Below are positions 20,401 through 28,600 of a DNA stretch of 64,000 nt, piece after piece (the stretch's first letter is position 1; each line of letters opens with the position of its first letter). This DNA comes from an uncultured virus (IMG/VR IMGVR_UViG_3300021963_000099) (taxonomy: Duplodnaviria > Heunggongvirae > Uroviricota > Caudoviricetes). Under the pieces are notes generated by a model that did not search any database, had not been told where the DNA came from, and saw only the letters and a list, made by a program, of their open reading frames with translations. The position numbers were made by a program, and so were the translations under genes. The stretch lies in the IMG/VR virus record IMGVR_UViG_3300021963_000099; one strand, 5' to 3'.

Positions 20401-20580
20401 GATTTTTCATACTTTGGAAACTTTAGTTGGGGAAGAATTGCATTTGATGAAGTTAGGAGTAGAAAAAATAGGAAAAACTTTAATTCCTATCATCAAAATG
20501 GATACTCTGGTATATTAACATCTGCTTATGTTAAGAGAAAAAATACATTAAAATTTGAGTTATATAGAAATATAGTATAA
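8488..20580 (+). CDS. g7: Giant baseplate wedge initiator gp7-like protein (4030 aa)
   Basis: Lies between g6 and g8; FYKSKG..SFKILF N-terminal motif, LHDSDYYQYFSY..HTAGF motif, YHYH-like segment, many repeated beta modules. Confidence 0.8.
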   Translation: MSKTKINLFQKIKDSLPIFIKEDFPLFGELLEQYYISLEKQSGSYDILNRIDEYVKLDVIKSIKEYTQTIRTVEYSDTDIEVESTEGFPEKYGLIKINDEIISYTEKTDTFFLGCYRGFSGIDSVGSDLNFSKTKIEIHDSSTNVYNLSGLFLIEFLKKTKKQLLPGFEGITFDSDLNESLFIKQSSDFYKSKGADSSFKILFSALFGEEVKIIRPRDNVFEPSKSIYRVTNDIVVESINGNPEDCLNRTLYQVDDEGNQSYGSITNVEKISRSGKDYYILSLDLDYNRDTTSRGSLFGDFSYNSSTLLIEDYFIDDKILYVDSTIGFPKVGELYCILPDGNFDYISYSGKTVNQFLNITSNINLPRFTRILSTNFATCILEDSVVELRVFPILSEVILDQNSLSTEKGDRILLSSLGKTPRDLKSNDWIFNIANRNNIDLIEIQELRQNKYKITFFENAEFYVGDTFKLYSSSGDEYNLELISRNSRLQYSFTSNKIISNIENPGFYTIRNINKPSLTNFDLSTETPANIQNVYLDEDEKSLYLTSQSIPSYGNIPLEVQSNVLEFYGNYISDVKNYDLKVLKHPFNTGDVVVYSEPQEDTNGNPNTNVMSFPRGRYYVKVIDKDTIRLANSLSNIFTNNFINFYGNIPENKKNKLYHLKYDSFNFSYLSLYLNEPSRYNKISGQNLIKVIEEPKNNSNFISDTKSGVIGIFKNGVEILNYKSKDKLFYGKINNIEILSSGENYDVINPPRLNLDDTIFGVTYGNGFEGILEVSGYLDKIDLFNGGIGFIKDPLISVTGGNGKGARVEPILESYVYSEEFNAGDPNTVDIVNNKIVFGKIIYFVNGERVSYNSNNNTNINGLSNGNYFVRRVSDISIQLHRNFEDAINNNNPIDFSALGSNIHTIKCFQSRKRITKLNILSGGFGYTNRELKFDSDFNSVNSYNNTITLNNHSFSSGEIIKYSCVGTPIGGLTSGSSYSVRKINDNTFKLKDINDNSTINLTSNGLGVHTFNYLPIEVKVVALDNIPNNTVEIRPIFKGEIKSCWIYRNGENYGVQDIFNFNRQPKIEIQNGSSARLKPIIINGKISSVVIENSGYNYYSTPEIIIYSETGEGAKLSAKIENGLLDEVVIEQSGINYGKDTYIEVVSAGSGAKLFARIDSWTVNIVEREFNKKLISDDDSFIASSNAYDEAITGAFKYTHLYAPRKLRSYILTKRVESGIERYVPDITFSFIEGRELDSKYHSPILGWAYDGNPIYGPYGYSNPDGTGRVKQLTSGYSIVEKQNRPSESLYPLGYFVEDYEYFDGKDLDIHNGRFCVTPEYPNGIYAYFCTIGSVDAAYQNYKKPQFPYVIGNFYKSNPIEFNYKNISQNEFNYNNVFRNTTPYNLFKENSGYDFINQGEEIENHSSLVSQVTRGDISGINIVSRGDNYKVGENIIFDNTSSQSFGVRASVLTVGGKPISSVGYGITTVKNVTLTNYNTGYVAISSEPHNLITNKIFFYDGNDDPKKLLVEVSSYKSILGINIGNTGVTGITTYISIIGDLDYPKIIVDDILKLGSNEKVKVLEVDQESSRIRILREYNSYPGTSHTAGLIIEQDSRKLLYNAGEYSNSKNLSIYFDPKESIGVGSGVTVILKNPGVHEKEVFIPEKRIYLKNHKLSSNTPLIYSSSGNFPIGVALSSSSFRLYDGQIVYAQRIDSNFIGITTVKSVLGNEGVQVGIATGINSDLLSFTDYGIGDYHNFRTNIPSVKNVTVNSAYIDITTKDDHLLETDDQVTLNVKYFDQETIKIVYNDETRRFGINPIFFRSEDVNITDNTITVEDHPFYNKQKVLHTSEFPVQGLLTDTLYYINVVDKDTIKLSTSETDDTSIDFSTVSFGTILQINPKIEVKRNKNIVFDLSDDSLSYIKNLVKYSAFNFNLYTDSNFQNKFESTKNSNNFTVTKNGKIGIDLDARLLLKYEDNLPEKLYYKLDPIKDEDTPNYKYEIIIDDNDVNSITYIDSFYNFTNDIVKLTNKSFRIYLDEPPAEYINNLLSVANVNYSTNSSTTFGPINSINFESFGSEFTNLPAITSVNTKDGKDFLGIIQSNNIGNIRNVNIDKIGNDFSSDPTIRPRSNPPVSLKIEPLASVDYIKPTFIGKNYNGLPDLVLIDGFTKKPANDLKLKFDENTLEVKILTNTNGIYNVNPTIIPINNTNGFKILSLSYDTAEGSATAILDTVGFSTLSEFPFTIGSKVLLENVVTGNPDGDRGYNSKNYNYTLFTVTDNDPNIGGQLPSVTFSMKEVLGSSSPGFYDDLFTSARIIPESYFPKFEIKLSKNIFFENEIVDQNGGFTGQVVKWDKNNEFLRVETNNYQDLELNKLIKGRSSQSFGTVSSIVGISTVNYILGPVRRKQSSWENKKGFLNDQEQRLHDSDYYQYFSYAVSSKIPSEKWDSLIQETNHTAGFKRFSNLSLISNPSAGNTTGISQDQNEGYVLGIANIDGYGDLNCHYDFDIVTENSIQIGPNEFISDEIRFNSRLLQDYFESIGNRVLIVDEIQDQFNSNPRPTRFSVVDEFKLDDFKYRKYFLHTANKLFIDDRQSIIVNLLQDKNYGWLNQYGRVETDKVHGYFDFTVFGSYGYLLYYPIDYEYEDYNLSGISLNIGDQLVGIGTTSLGNVVSVASSYRTVTSGVGAGVPIQISSIPNSYRSIKYIITAESDDGTFLQADELNLVHDGTEVFVTEFAKLETSSFNRNVAVGFCTYYPQIVGSNVVVSLIPNYNPPQNFKINILTTQISDTSRTGIGSTALNTSRIETEFKSILGSPTPTPGIVTSIGREYHSFYILASIEDTTNNVYQITELVATRDNDDGYITEFGRVVSDVSIEDTGIGTFTSAINGITDEFELYFEPLSNRNIELRTIIYSVELVDLLKIYKSVDLDQANISTLYGDYRGTENDIKRSFDLFYKGDPIFQRKINSEDSSIVDFSENVIVIPNHFFVTGEKIIYDYDTTSFVPDEPIGIVSTVVPGIGLTNKLPSELYVIKVNDSKIKFALSAEDALKYNPVSLTISSVGVGTEHTFTATNKDPKCIFTVDNMIQSPVVKTGIEFELTTNLSATDNQFKLTGISSIFSKDLLKINDEIMLVETVGLTTNDYIKVRRRWMGEKGIAAHSIGDKVYKLSGNYTIYENTLDFASAPYGKVPITQPQNQVGAPIIRPDDRDFTGITTSSYFAGRVFLRSGEVDTLDEVYTENVIFDDISRQFTGISSQFLLKVQGNNVTGISTNNGIILVKDIFQQPSRLGPSSVDGNYSLNDTGTETIIEFSPSTQEVIDDVNITNLPLGGVILSVGSTSGFGYQPLISAGGTAIISGFGTISNISIGESGSGYRSGIQTFVNVYAQTSSSIENIGTATISNGNIIGVAITNVGVSYTNTNPPLIIFDAPLGYSNIPLVYSKDSVQGIGTGAKVDIIMSNNSSVFEFNITNNGYSYKEGEILTVDIGGISGIPTDVTKTFKEFKINIKSTHHDEFSGWTIGDLQQLDPFDGLFNGKRRVFPLKFLGNRVSIIAKNGSNIDVEATLLIFINGILQIPGKAYTFKGGSIVIFSEPPLQEYTSNILFYRGTPNVDVTLIDIIEPVEIGDTAKIHSNEIREREEERQIEDILSADIVITNPYSGPGNLTDEVTERPVNICRQVEDLFINGQFISKDRALYEPLITPSTNIIQNVSVSSTEMFVESLKTFFDSGAENMSDFLSSQIQIISNDPFQVAIATAIVSAAGSITSIDITNPGLGYTITPSGTVSNPPEISSNGVKAEIEFSLVNGSISSYNITNTGSGYDENNPPVILIESPNPVTEEIINVNYYGDFGSVVGVSRTTVGSGLTAIALDFYIDEDSFLRNPIINSDIQSTTGHSGISTNYYFVISNSNVGVSLTSLYNNGSILCSSDNYIDGTYQVYDLEIKNKEIVGIGTTTIVEVYTRINSDLDLTLQTFDSTLLTLDSTIYTFDSNSRDFSYFGNFSWGRIAFDEVRSRKNRKNFNSYHQNGYSGILTSAYVKRKNTLKFELYRNIV

Positions 20581-20605
20581 ATAATACATAAAAAATAAAA
20601 ATATT

Positions 20606-21031
20606 ATGGCTAAATTAGGTATTATTACAGGAACAAGTCCAAATGATGGTACAGGAGATACCTTACTTACAGGTGCATATAAAATAAATTCAAATTTTAA
20701 TGAGATTTATGCCAGTATTGGAAATGGTACTAATTTAACCAATAGTATTGGTTATGCATCATCTGCTGGATCTGCATTGTATGCAAATACTTCTGGCATT
20801 TCTACCAATGCTGGATATGCTACAACTTCTGGAATATCTACAACTTCTCAAGGATTAACAGGATCTCCAAATGTAACTGTAAGTTCTGTCTCTTCTTCAG
20901 GTATCGTTACTGCATCTGGATTTATAACAAATACAGATCTAGCAGGAAGGTCGGTTGAAATTAAAGTAATTGGATCTATTTTAACATTTAATGTAGTTGG
21001 TCTGGGTTCTACAAACTTTACATTATATTAA
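20606..21031 (+). CDS. Virion structural protein with gp9/gp10-like N-terminal motif
   Basis: PNDGTGDTL...KINSNFNEIY, followed by short YAxxSGIST repeats. Confidence 0.65.
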   Translation: MAKLGIITGTSPNDGTGDTLLTGAYKINSNFNEIYASIGNGTNLTNSIGYASSAGSALYANTSGISTNAGYATTSGISTTSQGLTGSPNVTVSSVSSSGIVTASGFITNTDLAGRSVEIKVIGSILTFNVVGLGSTNFTLY

Positions 21032-21055
21032 TCTAAATAGTAAAAAAAGAGTACA

Positions 21056-22624
21056 ATGTCAGCAATAGTTACTGATCAATTAAGAATATTAAATGCTAAA
21101 AAGTTTATTGAAGAAGCTTCTTCTGCAAATAACTCATATTATGCTTTTGTTGGACTAACAAATCCAGAATTTTATGATCCGAATTGGGATGAAGATCCTG
21201 TTCAACCTAGAGATAGTTTTGATGATGAAAATCATGTTTGGGATACTATAATTGGATTAAAAAAAATAAATCCAGAAGATATAAAATATGTGGTAAAGAA
21301 GAACTTTTGGTCTTCTGGAACTACATATGACATGTATAAGCATAATATAACTAGAGATAATCTTTCACAACCATCAGAATCAACTTCATTATATTCATCT
21401 AATTATTATGTTGTAAATAAAGATTATAAGGTTTATATTTGCTTACAAAATGGATCTGATCCAGAAAACGCAAATGGAAGACCCTCTCTAGATGAACCAC
21501 TTTTTTCTGATTTAGAACCAAGAGAAGCAGGAAATAGCGGAGATGGATATATTTGGAAATATCTGTTTACAATACCACCAAATGATATTATAAAATTTGA
21601 TACTTTAGATTATATTACAATACCAATTGATTGGGAAACAAATGAAGAATATCAAGCAATAAGAAATAATGCTATTAATGGTGGTCAGTTAAAAGTTGCT
21701 GTGATAAAGGATAGGGGATTAAATTTAGGTGACCCAGGAAGAATTTATACTGGAATTAAAATTATTGGTGATGGTCAAGGAGCAGAAGCAACTATAGTAA
21801 TTAGTTCTCAATCTACAGTTGAGTCTGTAATAATATCTAAAGGAGGATCTGGATATAGTTATGCAAAAATAGATTTATCTACTGGAAATTTTCCATCCTC
21901 ATCAACAGGAAATAATCCAGAAATAGATATTATAATTCCTCCTCAATACGGTCATGGTTATAATATTTACAGAGAACTTGGAACAACTAAAGTATTACTA
22001 TTTACCCAAATAAAAAATAATTTAGAAAATCCAGATTTTGTAGTTGGAAACAAAATAGCACAAGTAGGAATAATAGCAAATCCATTGGAATTTAATTCCA
22101 ACCAATTATTAAATAAAAATCAAGCTTCAAATTTAAAAGCATTAAAATTAATCGGAGTAAACCAACCAAATGATTATCAAAATGCTACATTCACTATAAA
22201 TTCTGAAATAACTCAAACAGTTTCAACTGGTGTGACTGCCTATGGAAAAATTATATCATACGATAAAAATACTGGTGTCTTAAAATATTCACAAGATAGG
22301 ACATTGTTTGGATATAATTCAGAATTATTTAATCAAGATTATTTAAATAATGATAGATTGGTAGAATTTACATCCTCTCCTGGAACTGGAGGATCTTTAG
22401 AAGTTACTGGATCAAGTGTAAATTTACAAATAAATGATCAGTTTAATGGTAATACTGAATCTATAAATAATAAAAATTATTATTTTGGACAAATATTTGT
22501 TAATGGTGTTGCAAATCCTGAGGTTAAAAAGCACTCTGGAGACTTAATTTACATTGATAATAGACCTTCAATTACAAGGTCAATAAATCAAAGAGAAGAT
22601 ATTAAAATCGTTTTACAATTCTAG
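21056..22624 (+). CDS. g8: Baseplate wedge subunit gp8
   Basis: YYVVNKDYKVYICLQN, DGYIWKYLFTI, SGDLIYIDNRPSITR..QREDIKIVLQF. Confidence 0.9.
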   Translation: MSAIVTDQLRILNAKKFIEEASSANNSYYAFVGLTNPEFYDPNWDEDPVQPRDSFDDENHVWDTIIGLKKINPEDIKYVVKKNFWSSGTTYDMYKHNITRDNLSQPSESTSLYSSNYYVVNKDYKVYICLQNGSDPENANGRPSLDEPLFSDLEPREAGNSGDGYIWKYLFTIPPNDIIKFDTLDYITIPIDWETNEEYQAIRNNAINGGQLKVAVIKDRGLNLGDPGRIYTGIKIIGDGQGAEATIVISSQSTVESVIISKGGSGYSYAKIDLSTGNFPSSSTGNNPEIDIIIPPQYGHGYNIYRELGTTKVLLFTQIKNNLENPDFVVGNKIAQVGIIANPLEFNSNQLLNKNQASNLKALKLIGVNQPNDYQNATFTINSEITQTVSTGVTAYGKIISYDKNTGVLKYSQDRTLFGYNSELFNQDYLNNDRLVEFTSSPGTGGSLEVTGSSVNLQINDQFNGNTESINNKNYYFGQIFVNGVANPEVKKHSGDLIYIDNRPSITRSINQREDIKIVLQF

Positions 22625-22633
22625 GTTCTAATT

Positions 22634-25600
22634 ATGCCACAAAATACAAATTTAAATTCTTTTCCTTATTTTGATGATTTTAATCCATCCAATAATTATC
22701 AAAGAGTTCTTTTTAAACCTGGATATCCAGTTCAAGCTAGAGAATTAAATAATTTACAATCAATTTTACAGGATCAAGTTGAAAAATTTGGTACTCATGT
22801 ATTTAAGGAAGGTTCTGTAGTAATTCCAGGAAGAGTACAATTACTCAACAAAGCTAGTTCGATTGAATTTGAATCATCTTATCTAGGATTAGATGTAAGT
22901 AGTTACTTAGAATCTTTAGTTGGTAAAACTATTGTAGGTAAAGATAGTGGTGCAAAAGCTAGAATTGAATATTATGATCCATTTACTGGTTATCCAAACT
23001 CAGTTTTTATTAGATATTTGTCTCCATCATTATCAGATTCAAATGAATTTGGTATAACCACATTTATCGAAGGAGAAGTTATTGCATTAGATGAAAATGT
23101 TTCTATAACCAATGCTAATATAACCACATTTAAAAGGGGACAAGGAATAGGAATAGTTAAAGAAGTTGATGAAGGTTCTTTAGTAACTGTTTCTGATGGT
23201 GTTTTCTTTTTAAGAGGTCATTTTGTTTCAGTAAAGACTCAATACAGAACAATTTCGCCAAAATCAAATATAGAAAGTGGTAAAATTGGATTTAGAGTAG
23301 TAGAATCATTAGTAACTTCTAACGAAGATTCATCGCTATTTGATAATTCCCAAGGATTTGAAAATTATGCTGCACCTGGAGCAGATAGATTAAAAATAGA
23401 AGCCATTTTAGACTTTTATCCATTATCCGGTAATCCACCAAGCAATTTTATCGAGGTAATGAGAATTGTTGATGGAAAAATAGTATCTCAAGTAGTCGCA
23501 AATCCACAGTATAACATTTTAGCAGAAGAATTTGCTAGAAGAACTTATGATGAATCTGGAGATTATTATGTAGAACCATTTACAATTGATATTAGAGAAT
23601 CTTTAAATGATGGAAAAGGAAATAATGGTGTTTTTAGTAGAGTAAGTGATTATACTCGATTAGAATCTGGAATTCCTCCCAGCGAATCTTTAGGAATATA
23701 TAAAGTTTCTTCTGGAAAAGCTTATGTAAAAGGATTTGAAGTAGAAATACCAAGTGCTCAAACTTTATTTTTTGAAAAACCAAGAACAACAAAAACTTTA
23801 ACAGATACTTCTATTCCTTACTTTACAGGACCTTCTATAACAATTAATAGGGTATATGGAACTCCAGTAATAGGATTTTCTACATCTTATTACATTACAT
23901 TGAGAGATCAAAGAGTTGGAGATAATCAAACTACTGCTCCTGGAACTGAAATTGGAGTGGCTAGACTTTATGATATTGCTTTAGAATCTGGATCATATGA
24001 CAATGTTTTCCCAGACACAAATCAGTGGGATTTGTCGTTATATGACTTACAGTTATATACTAAATTAACTCTCAATTCAAATGTAACTCAATTAACACCA
24101 ACATTCATTAGAGGAAAAGCTTCTGGAGCAACTGGATTTCTAAGATATAATGTATCTAATTCAAATACTCTTTATGTTTATAATGTTTCTGGAAGATTTA
24201 TCTATGGAGAAGAATTATATTTTGATGAAATTGATACCAATAAAATTATAACCAATGTTCAAACTTATGGAATAGATGATGTAAAATCTGTTTATTCTTT
24301 AGATCAAGGAAAATATTTTTCTGGAGACTTAGTTCAATATACTAATGTAAATATTGGACAAGTCACTATTACCGCTAAAAACACTGCAACGGGAATAAGT
24401 ACTGTATCAAAAGTTGGATATGATTTTACAAAACTTTTCAGAGAAAATAGTATCGTATCCTTTACTATTCCTGGAGAAACTATTAGAAATGCATCTAAAG
24501 TAGTTCAAGTAACTAGAGATTCAATTACTATATCTGGTATTACAACAGTATCTGGATTATATGAAGGTTCTTTATACAATACTATTCAAAATCCTATTGA
24601 TTTTACATTAAATAATTCAAAACTGCAATCATCTACAGATAATACTTATTATACTACTTTTGGCAAACAATCAGTTAGTTCTGTAAATTTATCAGATTCT
24701 GAACTTATAATTAGAAGAGTTTTTAATGTTCAAATTTCTTCTGGTCAAGTATCTATTGCTCCACAAGAACTTCAAACAAATGAAACATTTATGCCTTTTG
24801 ATGAAGAAAGATATATTTTGACAAGAAATGATGGAAAAATAGAAGTATTGACAAGTGATAGATTTACAATTCTTTCTGGAGGAAAAGAATTATTAATTAA
24901 AGGTCTTGGATCTAATATTGGTGCAAGATTAACTGCTACAATGAGAAGAGTTAATGTAAAATCTAAACTTAAATATAAAAATAAAGTAAAATCTATAGTA
25001 ATAGACAAATCAATATACGCAGAATCTGGTATTGGTGCAACAACTAAAGATGATGGATTAAAATATGGAAATTATCCATATGGAACAAGAGTTCAAGATA
25101 AGGATATATGTTTACTTTATCCAGATGTAACAAAAATACACGCTATTTATGAATCTAACACAATAAGTGATCCAATAATTCCATCATTTATTCTCCAAGA
25201 TATATCTAGTTTAAATGCTAGTGCTTTTGATATTATAGTTGGAGAAGAATTTATATCAAGAGATAATGGAGCAGTTGGTATTGTTTTAGGTCACAAATCT
25301 TCTTCAGAAATTTATGTAAAGTATCTTACGGAGAATACTTCTTTTAACGAAGAAGTTATAGAATTTACAGAATCTGGAATAACTGCGGTTTTAAATAGTT
25401 ATGTTCCAGCTCCAAATAAAGATATTACATCAAACTATATTTTAGAAAACGGGCAAAAAGCAACAACATATGATTATTCCAAAATAATAAGAAAAAATAA
25501 TTACGAATCTCCATCAAGAAAAATACAGATATTTTTTGAATATGCTTCTATTCCAGATTCTGATGATGGAGATATAATTACTGTAGATTCTTATAATCAA

Positions 25601-28600
25601 TTTGATTATTGTGATATACCATCAGTAGATGGAATTAAATGTTCGGATATAATTGATATTAGACCAAGAGTAAAATCATATACCGTTTCTGAAGGAAAAA
25701 GATCTCCATTTGAGTTTTTAGGAAGAGATTTTTCATCTCAAGAAAATCTAAAAACTAATGTTTTAGCACCAGATGAATCTATTCTATTAGATTATTCTAT
25801 TCATCTTCCTAGAATCGATAAAATTTTCTTAAGTAAAGATAGTAGACTACAATTAGTTACTGGTGATCCTTCAGAAACTCCAGAAGCACCAGATAATATA
25901 TCGGATGCCATTGAGATAGCACAAATATTCTTACCACCATATCTTTGCAAAATTAATGATGCTAAGATATCTCTTAAAAGGCATAAGCGATATCAAATGA
26001 AAGATATTGCTTTACTTGAAGATAGAATTAAAAATCTAGAATACTACACTTCTCTATCTCTATTAGAAAGCAATACATCAAATCTACAGATTAAAGATTC
26101 TGCTGGACTCGATAGATTTAAATCTGGAATTTTTGTAGATAATTTTACATCTACTTTAGTACAAGAGAAAAAAACTAATCCTAAAAATTCTATTGATATT
26201 GCTAATGGTGAATTAAGACCTGCATCATATACCACATCTATTGATCTAGTTCTTGGAGCAACTTCTCTTACTGGTGTAGGTGGAGAAAAAGATCCTAATG
26301 CAGACCCAATTTATGCTAGAGATTTAATTGGGTCTGGAGTAAGAAGAAGTACATTAGATCAAGAGAAAAATTCCTATAAAGATGGAATGGGAGTAGTAAC
26401 TCTTGATTATGAATCTGTTCAACTTGCATCACAATTAACTGCAACAAGGGTTGAAAATTTAGCCCCATATATGGTTACATTTTACACAGGTGATATTAGT
26501 TTATCTCCTTCATCAGATATTTGGGTAGATCAAGTAAGAGTACAGACAAATACTATAGAAGGTTTAATTGATGGTTATGCGGAACAAGAACAGGAAATAG
26601 ATTTTAGAAACTTTAATAATGAAGCGGGTTGGAGTCCTATTATTTGGAATGCTTGGCAAACTAACTGGACAGGAAGTACAGTTAAAGATGATAAAAAAGT
26701 AGAGGTTTCTACAAGTATAATTCCAGGTGGTCCAAATCAAAAAGATGGAAAAGTAACTACAACTACAACTACTACTATTAGAACTACAACAAAAACAGGT
26801 ACTTCCAATAGAACAGGTTCTGGCACGCAGGTAAAGTATAGTCAAGGAAATACTTATAACTTGGGAGACAAAATTATAAGTGTTGATGTTGCTTCTTATA
26901 TGAGATCTAGAAACATTCAGTTTGTTGCTAGAGGAATGATGCCAGGAGCTTTACTAAAAGCTTCTTTAGATGATGTTTCTATGACGACATATGTAATACC
27001 AAAATTATTACCAATTTCAATCTTAGAAGGTAATTTTATTGTTGGAGAAACTATTATCGGAGGAACTCTCCCTTCTGCAAATAATAGTGCCCCTTATATT
27101 GTTTTTAGGGCCGCACAACCAAACCATAAATTTGGACCTTTTAATAATCCATCAGAAATTTTTGCATTTGATCCAAAAAATGGTTCTGATATGCCGACAA
27201 CCTATACTGCAACAAGTGAGTATATTAATGTAGATATTGCTTCACTATCAGTACAGTCAAGTACAGATTTTTATGGTTATGTTGCCCCAGGTATGGTATT
27301 AGTTGGACAAACTAGTAGAGCAAGAGCTATTGTTGTGACGAATGCTTTAATAGCAGATGAAAAAGGTAATGCTATAGGTTCATTCTTTATACCAAATCCA
27401 AATTCTCCAAGTTCTCCAAAGTTTAGAACAGGAAATGCTATTTTCAAATTAGAGCATATTGTAGAATCAGAATCTGTTAAAGGATTAGGAAAAACAAGAG
27501 CATCTGCAACTTATTTTGCACAAGGATCAATAACTCCAGTACAAGGTACTGTTATTTCTACTAGAAAAATAGATGTTGTAAGAGGGACATTTATAGATAG
27601 TAAACCAATATCTGAAGTAACTACATCAGTTGTTGATGTTGATACTCAAGTACAAAGAGAAGAACCTCAACCAATACCTATACCAGTTGCACCAGTACCA
27701 TTACCAGTACCAATTTTTATTGAACCTAGACCTATACCAGTTTATATTCAACCTCCACCAGTAAGACCAATAGCGCCACCACCAGTAGGACCAATAGCGC
27801 CACCACCAGTAAGACCAATAACACCAATAACACCAATAACACCAGTAAGACCAATAACACCAGTAGCTCCTATTGCGCCACCACCAGTAGCTGTACCAAA
27901 GTGCCCTGCACCAAGGAGTGATGTAGCTGCAAGTTGTCCTAAAGATGAAAAATATGAGTATGGTGGAGTACAATGGGAGAGTGTAGGTAAGGCAACTCAA
28001 GTGTTTAGACTTTATGCACAAATACTAAACTACTATGAAGCATTTAATAATGATAAAGCAAAAAATCTAGCAAAACAAGCATATGATAATGGTCCAAACA
28101 GGATACAAAAAATATATGATAAAGGTCAACTTAGAAAATTAGTAAATGATCCTAACGCAGATGTAATTGCGTTTAGATTAAAGCAAAAATCAGATGGATG
28201 TTACATTTGTAAACAACTAGATAAGGGAGAAGAAAGATTATATATTGATCCTCTTGCACAATCTTTCTTTGTACCAAAACCAGGTTGTTTTATTACAAAA
28301 CTAGATTTATTTTTCCAAAGCAAAGGATCAAATGAGGAATCAGTGTTTGTAGAATTAAGACCAATGAAATATGGATCACCAGATAAAACTGCATATCCAA
28401 TGTCATCAAAGGTTATTAATTCTAGTGAAATCTTAGTTTCCGATGACTCAAGTGTTCCTACAACAATTGTATTTGATGCACCAATTTATCTTGAGGGAGG
28501 AACGGAACATTGTGTGGTAGTTGGATCTAAAGTAACTAATTTTAATGTATGGATATCTAGACTGGGTGAACCTGATGTAACTACTTCTTCTAATGTTAAT

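Noticed and set aside
27701..28021. Minus-strand Trp/Tyr/Cys-repeat ORF
   Set aside because: It is the antisense reading of the CCA-rich proline repeat.
27900..28246. Intein in the VrlC-like protein
   Set aside because: No intein block motifs or terminal HN-[CST] junction are visible.
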